From: Rhizophagus irregularis
Lineage: Eukaryota
Assembly (NCBI RefSeq): GCF_026210795.1
Contig: NC_089432.1
Location: 1,364,001 to 1,428,000 of the forward strand
Direction: 5' to 3'
DNA: 64,000 bases
Part shown: in pieces, positions 53,457 to 64,000 of the stretch
Layout: every line of letters begins with the position of its first letter
Position numbering within the stretch: position 1 is the stretch's first letter
Notes under the pieces: generated by a model
The model's input: the letters and a program-made list of their open reading frames with translations, nothing else
The model's database searches: none
What the model was told of the DNA's origin: nothing
Translations under genes and position numbers: made by a program

Positions 53457-55765
53457 ATGCAAACTATTAATGATCCAAATGAATGGATAGAAGATGCAAT
53501 TTCTAAGAAACATATTAAATATTACAAATATGAAGATTTTCGTGATGTTCAAAAAATTGGTAGTGGTAACTTTGGAAAAGTTTATCGAGCAAATTGGAAG
53601 AATTTGGAACAATATTTCGCATTAAAATCTTTATCTAACCTTGATAATAAAGCTATAAAAGAAGTTGTTAAGGAGGTAATTATATAAATATATTATTTAT
53701 CTCTACTATTTATATATATATATATATAAATTTAAATCATTTTTAATTTTAGATTGAAATTCATCGTGACGTTCATTTTCATAATAATATTATTAGTTTT
53801 TTTGGTATTACAACTAAAGGTATGAAAACAAAAAAAAAAAAATTTTTTAATACTTAATTATATATATATTTTTACCCTGAATTTATTAATAATATTATTT
53901 TATTATTTTACTTTCTTTTTTTAAAAAAAATAGGAGAAAGTCAAAATGGTCAATTCAAAAAATATTTGTTAGTAATGGAGTATGCCAATGGTGATACTCT
54001 TCGAACATGAAAAAAAATACAAAACTTACTTGGGAAGATAGATATAAATTTGCATATCAATTAGCTGACGCCGTATCATGCTTACACCAATCAGACATAG
54101 TTCACCGTGATTTGGTAATTTTATTATTAATATTGAATAATTCTAAAATTGAAATGCAACCACATATATGCGAAATTCATTTTTTTTGAAAAAATTTGAT
54201 TTTATTTTATAAAATTAGCATTCTGGTAATATATTGATAGATCGAGGTAACATTAAATTAGCAGATTTTGGATTATCAAGGAGAATTGATGAAGTATCTA
54301 GAGCACATTCAACAAATTCAAGTTTATTTGGCATAATTCCTTATATTGATCCAGAGAAATTGCGTAATCCAAAATATTCTTTAAATAAAATGAGTGATGT
54401 TTACAGTATTGGAATACTTTTATGGGAAATTTCAAGTGGTCATCCGCCATTTAAAGATGAATCATATGATCTTTCTTTATTTATACAAATATCGCAAGAT
54501 TATAGAGAAACAATTGTTCCGGGCACTCCTATTGATTATTCTAATCTTTATACTGGTAAATATATTACGATTTTAAATTATAGATTATAATAGTATTATA
54601 AAAATTATAAAATTAGGTCTTATGTGAATTTTTTTTTTTAGAATGTTGGAATGGTGTCCCCGATAATAGACCAACTATGGATCAAGTAGTTGTTAAATTA
54701 AAAACAACTCTTGCAAATTCAAATATAACAACAGAGAATGATCAAACAGATAAATTAAATTCTAAATTACAAAATGAACAACAAGTTAATGATAATATAC
54801 CAAATACTACCGATTCAGTGCATGGAGACTTATCTCAATTTATTAATAATTTTCATAAAATGGATATTAAGGAAACCACATCTCCAACTACATCAATGGA
54901 CGTCAATGAAAACATATTTGAAGAGGAATTAAGAATAGTAGTCGACGAATTAGTTAATCATTATTTAAAGGAAATAAATGAAGGAAAAGAGAGAAATGTG
55001 AGAAAGCAACATATTATCGATTATGTTAATAATCACAATTCACAAGAAATGTATAATTGGCTTCTAAATAATCAAAATAATCCAAATAACATTTTTATAC
55101 TTGGATATTTTAAATATCATGGTATTGAAACTAACACTGATAAAAGAAAAGCATTTGAATTGTATCAAAAAGCAACAAAATTAAATAATAGTGCAGCCCA
55201 ACACGAGCTCATTAATATATATACCTACGAAGATGATGAATATAAAAATTACGATAAAGCTTTTGAATTATCGAAAGAATTGGCAGAAAAGGGTTATCCA
55301 GGAGGGATAAGTAGGTTAGGGTATTGTTATGATCAAGGAATTGGAACTGAAATAAATATAAACAAGGCATTTGAATTATATCAAAAAGCGGCAAATTTAG
55401 GACATAGCAGTTCTCAATATAATCTTGCTGATATGTATTTATATGGAGATGGTGTTAATAAAGATCATAATAAAGCTTTTGAATATTCTGAAAAATCGGC
55501 GGAAGCAGGACATTCAGGTGGAATACGTATGTTAGGTTATTGTTACGATTATGGAATTGGAACTATTAGTGATAAACAAAAAGCATTCGAGTTATACCAA
55601 AAGGCAGCAAATTTAGGAAATAAGGAAGCCCAATATAGTCTCGCTATCATGTATGAAGATGGAGATGGAATAGAAAAAGATATTAGTCAAGCGATTCATT
55701 GGTATGAAAAATCTGCCGAACAAGGATATCAAGAAGCTAAAGAGAAATTAGAGAAATTAATTTAA
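53457..55765 (+). pseudogene. TKL kinase-Sel1 gene (6 divergent repeats) with one frameshift in exon 3
   Basis: Same 5-exon layout (GSGNFGKV, FALK, HRDLHSGN, DFG, YIDP). Exon 3 reads MEYANGDTLRT then TGA (54008-54010); the kinase continues in another frame (KKNTKLTWEDRY). Confidence 0.82.
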
Positions 55766-56775
55766 ATTAATTTATGACTATTTTATAGTGTTAGAATAGT
55801 TTTGTAAAAACACGTATACTATATAATCAAAATTTCATATTTATCATTTAATACAATTTGTTTCGTTTGTAACTGAAATTTCACTAGGTTTTTATTTGTG
55901 GGCATTTTAAGTGAATTTTATAGAATTTAAATCCTTTCATACGTTTTTACTTACTAAATAAAAAAGAAAAAAAAATATTATCTATTAGAAAAAAACGCAT
56001 AGATGAACTTCTCTTTCTTATCGCAAAAATACTCAAATGTATATTTTCGGATGCTTTCCAGACGTTTCAGACCTTAATGAATTTGTTAACTAAAGAATAT
56101 ATCCCAATCGTATAATATCTTTTTTTTTGTCACGTTAAAATTACGTTTCTATCGTAAGTGCTACGTGCCTGGGAACATTTTTCTTTTTAATTATTTAAAT
56201 ATAATAGAGATTAAATACAACGGGTTCAAATTTTTTCATTGATATGGCTTTAAATATCTGTATAAAATATTTGTGCATTTCCCACGCTCACGTTCAGAAA
56301 ATAATAAAAATTTAATAAGATACAAAAGCTGCGCCGCAAATTATCACAAACATTCTAATTATTCTTGATCCTTCTTTAGTTACAACTTTGCCATCAACAA
56401 ATGGTGGTTTGGTCTATAATATACTTTAACAGTTCCTTTACGTCAAAATAATATTGAAATTTGTCGCCTTACGCCCCAATTCCCAAGTTGATGAAATAAG
56501 TCTTCATAAGCCAGTCAATTTGGAGTCATAACTGAAATAAAAGAACTGAATTGTAAGACTGAATCATAAAAACGGACAAAACTGACAATTGAATTTTAAA
56601 TAATAATTTATTAATTATTTATACAAAAAGAAAAAGCCAATTTTTTAAAGATTCTTTATTATCAGAATAGATGCGTCTCTATTTTATGAGAACGAGTATG
56701 ACGATGTAGTTGTTCAAATTTAAAAAAAACTCTATCGCATATTTCACATGTATAAAAACGACAGTAGAAGTGTTA

Positions 56776-58817
56776 TCAGTTATTAATAGTTTTATTTCCT
56801 TGTATAGCACATAAATTTGCTGCTTTTCGATATAATTCAAATGACTTTTGTTCATCAATATTAGTTCCAATTCCATATCGATAACAGTATCCTAAATTAT
56901 TCGTTCCAGATATACTTCCTAAATTTGCTGCCTTCTGATATAATTCGAATGCTTTATGATTATCAATACTGGTTCCAATTCCATATTGATAACAATATCC
57001 TAAATTATTTGTTCCAAAAATATTTCCTAAATTTGCTGCTTTTTGAAATAATTCAAATGCTTTTTGTTTGTCAACATTAGTTCCTATTCCATTAAAATAA
57101 CAATATCCTAATTGTGTTATTCCTTCTGGATATTCACCTTCAGCCGATTTTTTAAATAATTCAAATGCTTTATCATAATCTTTATTACATTTATAATAAT
57201 TTCCAAGATTATATTTAGCGATATTATTTCCTAAATTTGCTGCTCTTTGAATAAATTCAAGTGATTTTTGTTGATCAACTTTAACTCCAATTCCTGAATA
57301 ATAAAATTTTCCAAGTAAAATAATAGAATTTGAATTATTTTGATTATTTAATAACCAAATATAAATTTTTTGTAAATTTATATTATGATCTTTAAGATAA
57401 TTAAGGATTTCTTGATTATTTATTTCTTCATATGACTTATTAAGAAGATTAACTATCTCGTTAACTATCATATTAAAATTAATTTCAGGTAAATTAGGAT
57501 TATTTGATATCGTCGAGGATTCCTGGTTAATCTCATGTTCACGTTCACTTGTTGATTGAAAATTTGTAATACAATTATAATTTTCTCTCGTAACAATCGT
57601 TTTTAATTTATCAATAATTTGATATATAGCTGGTCGATTATCTAGATCATTATCCCAACATTCTATAAATATAAGAAAAAATAATCTTTTAATTAATTTA
57701 ATCGTAAATCATTAATTTGGAAGGTTTTTAATTTTATATTCACCTGTACAAATTTTTATATAATCTCCAGGTACATTAGTCTTTCTAAGATCTTGTATTA
57801 TTCTATTAACGAAATCATTAAATGGTTCATTAACAGAAGGTAACTGACCGCTAAATATTTCCCATAAAATTACGCCAATATTGTAAATATCAACCTTTTC
57901 ATTTAATGAATATATTTGCATTTGCATTTGATCGTCAATATCTTTTCGTCTACCGAATACCTTTGGATCAACATAAGGGAGATTAGAAGATTCTTCAATT
58001 CTTTTTGTTAACCCAAAATCAGCTAATTTGATGGAATTTCGGTGAATCAATATACTACTACTAGAGTGCTATTATTAAAAATAAAATGTATTAATTTATA
58101 ATTATATTAGATAAATATTATCTTAGATAAAAATGTAAATAAATTACCAGATCACGATGTACGATTCCTTCATCATGTAAATATGATATAGCAGAAACTA
58201 ATTGAAGTGCTAGATTTAATTTATCATACCAAGTGAGATTACAAAAGTGTTTTTTCAAATATTCTTGAAGAGTACCACTATCTGCGTACTCCATTACTAA
58301 TAGATACTTCTTTGAATCATTACTTGGAATTTCTTAATAAAGAAAATAATATATACGAATTAATATGTCATGATTTAATTAAATAACAAAGCGACAATAT
58401 ATATTTAAATTTTATTATACCTCCTTGATTGAAATTTGTAATTCCATAAAAACAAATAATATTTTCATGAAAATTAACATCATATTGAAACTTAAGCTAA
58501 ATAAAAAAAAAGAAAGATTTTAGTATACTGTATATATATATATATAAAATAAAAAATATTTAATAACTTACCTCATTAATAATTTCTTTAGCCGTGATGT
58601 TATTGAGATCAAACAAAGATTTCAATGTAAAACATCTATGAGAATTTTTCCAATTTGCACGATAAACTTTTCCTAATTTTCCCAACCCAATTTCTTGAAT
58701 ATTACTAAAATGATTATATTCATAATATTTAAAGAAATTCTTCGCAATGGCATCCTCAATCCAATTAATCCAATCATTTGAATCGCCAGTAATTTTAAGC
58801 TTAATGTTATTAGGCAT
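56776..58817 (-). CDS. Probable pseudokinase-Sel1 protein with truncated repeat array (5 exons)
   Basis: Open spliced frame, but G-loop GLGKLGKV, catalytic loop HRDLHSSSSIL (Asn lost), shortened activation segment DFGLTKRIEESSNLPYVDP. About 5 Sel1 repeats end in KAANLCAIQGNKTINN without the usual WY cap. Confidence 0.8.
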
Positions 58818-61303
58818 TGTTAAGTAAAGAGAAATTCTTACTACGAAAAATTTTAAATTTTATGTTTATCAATTATTTGAAAAAAAAAAAAGAATTTCAA
58901 CTATTTATTATATAAATAGTAAATTGTCAATCATCTCGAGCCCGCCGAATCAGGTAATAATAATCGCTTGTAAATTACTAAAATACTTGTAATATGTCAG
59001 GAGAAATGTTACATGAAGATAATCTTCATATGATAAACCGTCATGTGTCCAGCCGCGTTGAAGATAGGAATTATTCACTATAACAAGGAGATTTTTTTTT
59101 TAAAAAAAAAAGAACTCGATTCAACGGTATAACTAATTTATACTCGTACATACAGAATTTTAACTCATCATGTTTGAAAAATGTTTCTATTTAAAGTTTC
59201 TCGTGAACTTTTTTTCTCTCTTTAATCTCGTCGAGCCAATAAAACCAAAGATAAAGTAGTAAAAATTGAGAAACGTACTCAATTAATCCATCCCCTAATT
59301 GATTAAATTCACATTTCTCCTTGATCACACGGTTTCTTTAATTCAGAAATTTTTGACAAAGTTGTTTAACTACTCACCTGCTTAAATAAATAGATATCTG
59401 TGTTGTACTTGTTTCTACTTTTTCATATACACCCTTTTTACGTTTCTTTAAATTCATCACAATAAACATGTTAAAAAAGAAGGTATGGTCCATAAATATT
59501 TGATGGAAATGAAATTCTAAAAATGGTTAATAAATGAAAATCATATGAAATTTTTAGTCGATCAATTTTTTTTTTAATATTTTAAATAAAATAAATAAAA
59601 TAATATGTATAAATTTTATCGACAAAAAATTTATTTTCAATATCACCAAAGCTGAATTGATTCATTAACGTTAACAGTTAACGCAAGAAGAATATTTGGG
59701 ATATATGCCATATATATATATATATTTTTATAGTTGCTTATATTGTATAATAATATCTATAACAGATAAACATTATTACAACGATCAACTAATTAAATAC
59801 CGGTACAATCGACATATCAGATATATCTGTGGATTATTCATCATTAAAATCGTTTTTTTAAAGAATCAAATGTATAAATTAAATCAAATAATCATGTGAC
59901 TGCGAAAAAATATTCTTTTTTTTTGGCTAATTATTGTTTCCAGAATTGGTAATCATTATCAGCCCAACGTTAAATCATGTGAAATGAAATTTAAGAGATT
60001 AAGAATAAATCATCATTGTTTCCATATTTCTTCAATAGATTACGCCCTTGAGTTTCATAATAGGGTCTTACAACATTTGTAATCAATAATTTTTAATTGA
60101 TTCTCAAATAGTTTTGATTAGTGTTCATGAATTAATCTATATTAATATGACTTAGGTTTTTTATTTAAGGAGAAATCTGATAATAGATAAAGCTGTTCCA
60201 CTAATTTTTATTATATAAAAAACGTCCCAATTATCATTTGTATCAATGAGTCTATAAAGGAGGGCAAAAATGATATATATCACAAGGGTGGCAAAATGAA
60301 TAATAATAAACTTATTTTCATTTTAAACTCAAATTCTTTATATATTGTAAAAAACAAAATATGCAAGTCAAATGATTGTACATTGGGCGCATTGGCTTGC
60401 ATTAAAAAATTTTGTGGTGATAATGTGCATTTTTGTACACAAGAACAATTGATAATGCACAATTCCGTGTAAAAAAGTTTAAATTGGCAAAAATCGGACA
60501 AAAAACTATGTAAATCTTCCGCAAATAATAATAAAAAAAAAGACCGTTAATTATCACGCAGTGTTTTAAAATTTAACCTTGGTTTTTTTAGTTGAAAAGG
60601 GTGCAACAAAAGTCAGGAAGATCATGAAAATCATGTCAAACATTCCCAGAATTTGAAAAAAAAAGACCCTAGTCAAATTAAATGATCAGAAAAAAGATAT
60701 TTGTAATATATTAAAGTTATTAATTACATTAAAGCATCTTCAAATGTATTCACACAAATAAATAAAAAAAGACCGTTTACGTTAAAAGTGAAAAAATTAT
60801 TAATTTATAATTATTGTTTTATTCACTTTTTACACATTTATTTCATTTATTATGATTATTATTATTTCAATTTCGTAAAATTAATAATAGGGTAAAGTTT
60901 TTAGTTTATTCCTGGTATTAGGGATTTTTCTTTTTTTTCATTTATATTCTAGGTTTGATAAAGTTTAATTGGTATATAGGGCTGATACGCTGTATTACTT
61001 ATGATGTGATGATTAATTCAATTAGGTAGTTTTTCCGGTTACACAAACTGCACCATTCTTTCTATTCTTTCTTTAAAAACTCATTTTTGGTTTATACTCT
61101 GTTTTTATTTCTCAAAAAAAAAATCATTTATATGGTTTTTTTTTTTGCTAGTCTTTTCTAATTTATGTCAAAAAGAAATATATATTTTTTTTACTGACAA
61201 CTTTTTTTTAATAGCTTTTTTCTTTATTAACGATTGTTATTTTATTTTATTTTATTTTATTTTTTTTCTTTTTATTTATTACTAACAAATTAAATTTTTT
61301 AGC

Positions 61304-64000
61304 ATGGGACAAGATACAAATATTAAAAATGAGAATGATTCCACATCAAATAATGAGGAAGAGCAAGCTTCAAGTTCTGTTATAACAGAAAATGTTGTTG
61401 GTAACGATAAAATAATCGATAAGTCCGATGAGTCGATTGATGATGTTCATGATAATTTGTCAGTCGGTATTTCTGGTAACGAGGAACAAAATATTACCTC
61501 CAATTTAATTTATAACCCAGTTGAAAAAGAAACAGAAAATCTCGAGACGGGTAAACGAGAAGTGTTCCCATCATCAGATGATGATTATGAACATACTAGT
61601 ACAAGTCGTATTGATGAGAACTTGTATCAAAAAGTTTTAATTGACCAAGAAGAATCAGACAAAGAAATGGAAATTATTGAAGACCGAAAAGATATAAATG
61701 ATGATGATGATGATGTATCTAGTGTGACCATTCAAACTTCTCTTCCAAAATCTCAATATACTGAACAACAACGAGAAGATACTTTAGATTATAATAATCA
61801 AACTCATACTTCTAATACAGTGGGTTCGGATGATAAAGAACGCACTAAAGAAGAAACTGATATTTCTATTGACAACGATATAATAATCGTTGAATCCGAT
61901 GATATACAAAATAATTCTACAAATACTGGAGATTATGTTTCAGTCGGTGTTTCTGATAAAGACGATGATGATGATTATAACCCTAGTGTGAATGTTAAAG
62001 AAGCGGAGAATGTTGAAAATATCCGCATTAAAGCGAGTCATATTGAATATCGAGACGATCAAAAAGTCATAATTGATCAAGAAAATTCCGATCAAGAGAT
62101 GGAAATTGTTAAAGATCGAAAAAATTTGTCCGATGAGACCATTCAACAACGAGAAGATACTTTAGATTATGATAATCAAACTCGTACTTCTAATACAGGG
62201 GGTTCAGATGATAAAGAACGCACTAAAGAAGAAACTGATATTCTTATTGGTAACGATAAAATCATCATTGAGTCCGATGATATACAAAATATTTCTACAA
62301 ATACTGGAGATTATGTTTCAGTCGGTATTTCCGATAATGATGATGATGAAAATTATAACCCTAGTGCGAATGTTAAAAAAGCCAAGAATGTTGAAACTCT
62401 TAAACGAGAAAGTTCTAGTCATTTCAATGTACCACCAGCAGCTGATCAAAAGGTCTTAGCTGGTCAAGAAAATTCTGATCAAGAGACGGACAATGTTGAA
62501 AATCGAAAAGATTTACCCGAACTTTTTGGAGATGATGATTCAATCAATCAAACTGTGACCGTTCAGACTTCTTCTCCTAAATCTCGATATATCCAACATA
62601 CTTTAGATTATGATAATAATAGGCATGCATCTGAATTATTTAATACAAAGGGATCAACGAGCGAATTTGAAAGCGGTTCAAAAAAATATGACCATGATAT
62701 AAAAAGTAAAAAGAAATCAAAGAACTATGATGATGATATCAGCGAATTCCCGGACAGGAAAGACAACTTTCCATCTTCAGCGGGATATAATCGTCCAAAG
62801 TCTGAACATGATACAAGAAGTAAGAAATCAAAGAAATCAGATACGACCGTAAGCCACGACTACGATGTTGATTATGATGATGATGTCGACGAATTCCCGA
62901 ACAAAAAAGATGACTTTCCATCTCCAACGGGAAAAAATAATAAGAAAGAAAAGTTTGATTCTCACCATAGAGGAAAAAGTGATGAAATCACCCATCGTCC
63001 AAAAAATCAAGATAGTCAAAGTCAGTCTTTGGGTGATTTATCAGATGAAGAAGCTGAAAACCCAATTTCAAAGTCTCGTAGTACTGTGAGAAAACAAGAA
63101 AGTGACAATGACGACAACGTTGATTACAGTAGTAATGAAGAAGGTAACATTTCATCTGCAAGGCGTATCAATAAAAAACAGGTAGAATCTCCATATACAA
63201 AAAATAAAAATAATCAAAATCTGCCTATGCATGGTGGTATGCAAAAAAAATTGGATAGTGAGAGTGACTCTCAGGATGAGAATGATGATTATGAAGAAGG
63301 TTACTCTCCATCTTCAAGTTATGTCAACAAAAAAGAAGTAGAATCATATGAAGAACCAATGAGTGGAACCACTCAATATTCAAATAAAAATAATCAAAAT
63401 CTGCCTATGCATGGTGGTATGCAAAAAAAATTGGATAGTGAGAGTGACTCTCAGGATGAGAATGATGATTATGAGGGAGATTACTCTCCATCTTCAAGCC
63501 ATTCCAATAAAAAAGATGCCGAGTCTTATTTTGAGGAACATTCAAAAAATAAAAATGACCAAAATATGCCTATGCGTGGAAAGAAATTAGTTAATACGAG
63601 TGACTCTCAGGACGATAACGAAGATCATGAAGAAGGTTACTCTCGTATCAATGAAGATGATGTTGGGACTTATACCGAAGAACCAATAAACGAAACCAAT
63701 CGACCTAAAACTAATAAAAATCGGTCTACGCAAAGGAAATTAGAAAATGCGACTGACTCTCAGGACGAGGATGAAGAAGGTTACTCTCGTGATGTTGAGC
63801 CTGATAACGAAGAACCAATAAACGAAACCAATCGACCTAAAACCAATAAAAATCGGTCTACGCAAAGGAAATTGGAAAATGCGACTGACTCTCAGGACGA
63901 GGATGAAGATCATGAAAAAGGTTACTCTCGTATCAATAAAAATGATGTTGGGACTGATACCGAAGAACAAATAAATGAAATCACTGGACCTTTAAACAAT
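61304..64000 (+). CDS. Large acidic, low-complexity repeat protein, 3' partial (at least 899 codons)
   Basis: ATG 61304 follows a ctaac..tttttag acceptor. The frame (MGQDTNIKNENDSTSNNEEEQ...) was open in every stretch I translated and is still in phase at 64000. It is probably missing from the ORF track because no stop falls in the window. Internal repeats of 378 bp and 180 bp. Confidence 0.8.
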   Translation, partial: MGQDTNIKNENDSTSNNEEEQASSSVITENVVGNDKIIDKSDESIDDVHDNLSVGISGNEEQNITSNLIYNPVEKETENLETGKREVFPSSDDDYEHTSTSRIDENLYQKVLIDQEESDKEMEIIEDRKDINDDDDDVSSVTIQTSLPKSQYTEQQREDTLDYNNQTHTSNTVGSDDKERTKEETDISIDNDIIIVESDDIQNNSTNTGDYVSVGVSDKDDDDDYNPSVNVKEAENVENIRIKASHIEYRDDQKVIIDQENSDQEMEIVKDRKNLSDETIQQREDTLDYDNQTRTSNTGGSDDKERTKEETDILIGNDKIIIESDDIQNISTNTGDYVSVGISDNDDDENYNPSANVKKAKNVETLKRESSSHFNVPPAADQKVLAGQENSDQETDNVENRKDLPELFGDDDSINQTVTVQTSSPKSRYIQHTLDYDNNRHASELFNTKGSTSEFESGSKKYDHDIKSKKKSKNYDDDISEFPDRKDNFPSSAGYNRPKSEHDTRSKKSKKSDTTVSHDYDVDYDDDVDEFPNKKDDFPSPTGKNNKKEKFDSHHRGKSDEITHRPKNQDSQSQSLGDLSDEEAENPISKSRSTVRKQESDNDDNVDYSSNEEGNISSARRINKKQVESPYTKNKNNQNLPMHGGMQKKLDSESDSQDENDDYEEGYSPSSSYVNKKEVESYEEPMSGTTQYSNKNNQNLPMHGGMQKKLDSESDSQDENDDYEGDYSPSSSHSNKKDAESYFEEHSKNKNDQNMPMRGKKLVNTSDSQDDNEDHEEGYSRINEDDVGTYTEEPINETNRPKTNKNRSTQRKLENATDSQDEDEEGYSRDVEPDNEEPINETNRPKTNKNRSTQRKLENATDSQDEDEDHEKGYSRINKNDVGTDTEEQINEITGPLNN

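Noticed and set aside
61940..63970. Several short ORFs on both strands in the track
   Set aside because: Off-frame shadows of the single long ORF starting at 61304.

Overview
Very AT-rich, intron-rich eukaryotic DNA. The gene families (tyrosine-kinase-like kinases, kinase-Sel1 fusions, BTB/BACK-TLDc relics, a TRP-like channel fragment, an HMG-box factor, repeat-rich secreted proteins) are typical of an arbuscular mycorrhizal fungus (Glomeromycotina, Rhizophagus-like); this assignment is an inference. Bases 1-6.7 kb are an APE-RT-RNase H LINE with two nonsense mutations. Bases 7.9-41.6 kb are an accessory region with a TKL kinase, an inverted pair of near-identical kinase-Sel1 genes carrying 20 versus 10 homogenised but site-hypervariable 108-bp repeats, gene fragments, Helitrons, MITEs, a small retroposed insertion and P-like and hAT-like transposase relics. 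Bases 44-51.5 kb hold a secreted 9-aa-repeat protein, an 11-exon DUG3 orthologue divergent from an HMG-box gene, and a small Cys-rich secreted protein. Bases 53-59 kb hold two more convergent kinase-Sel1 genes, one frameshifted and one a probable pseudokinase. A long acidic repeat ORF runs off the right end. The best candidate for an undescribed system is the kinase-Sel1 family acting as a diversifying receptor repertoire. The oddest non-coding signal is a tandem micro-exon/intron array at 31.2-31.8 kb. Gene models were spliced by eye and family calls rest on motif recognition, with no database search.
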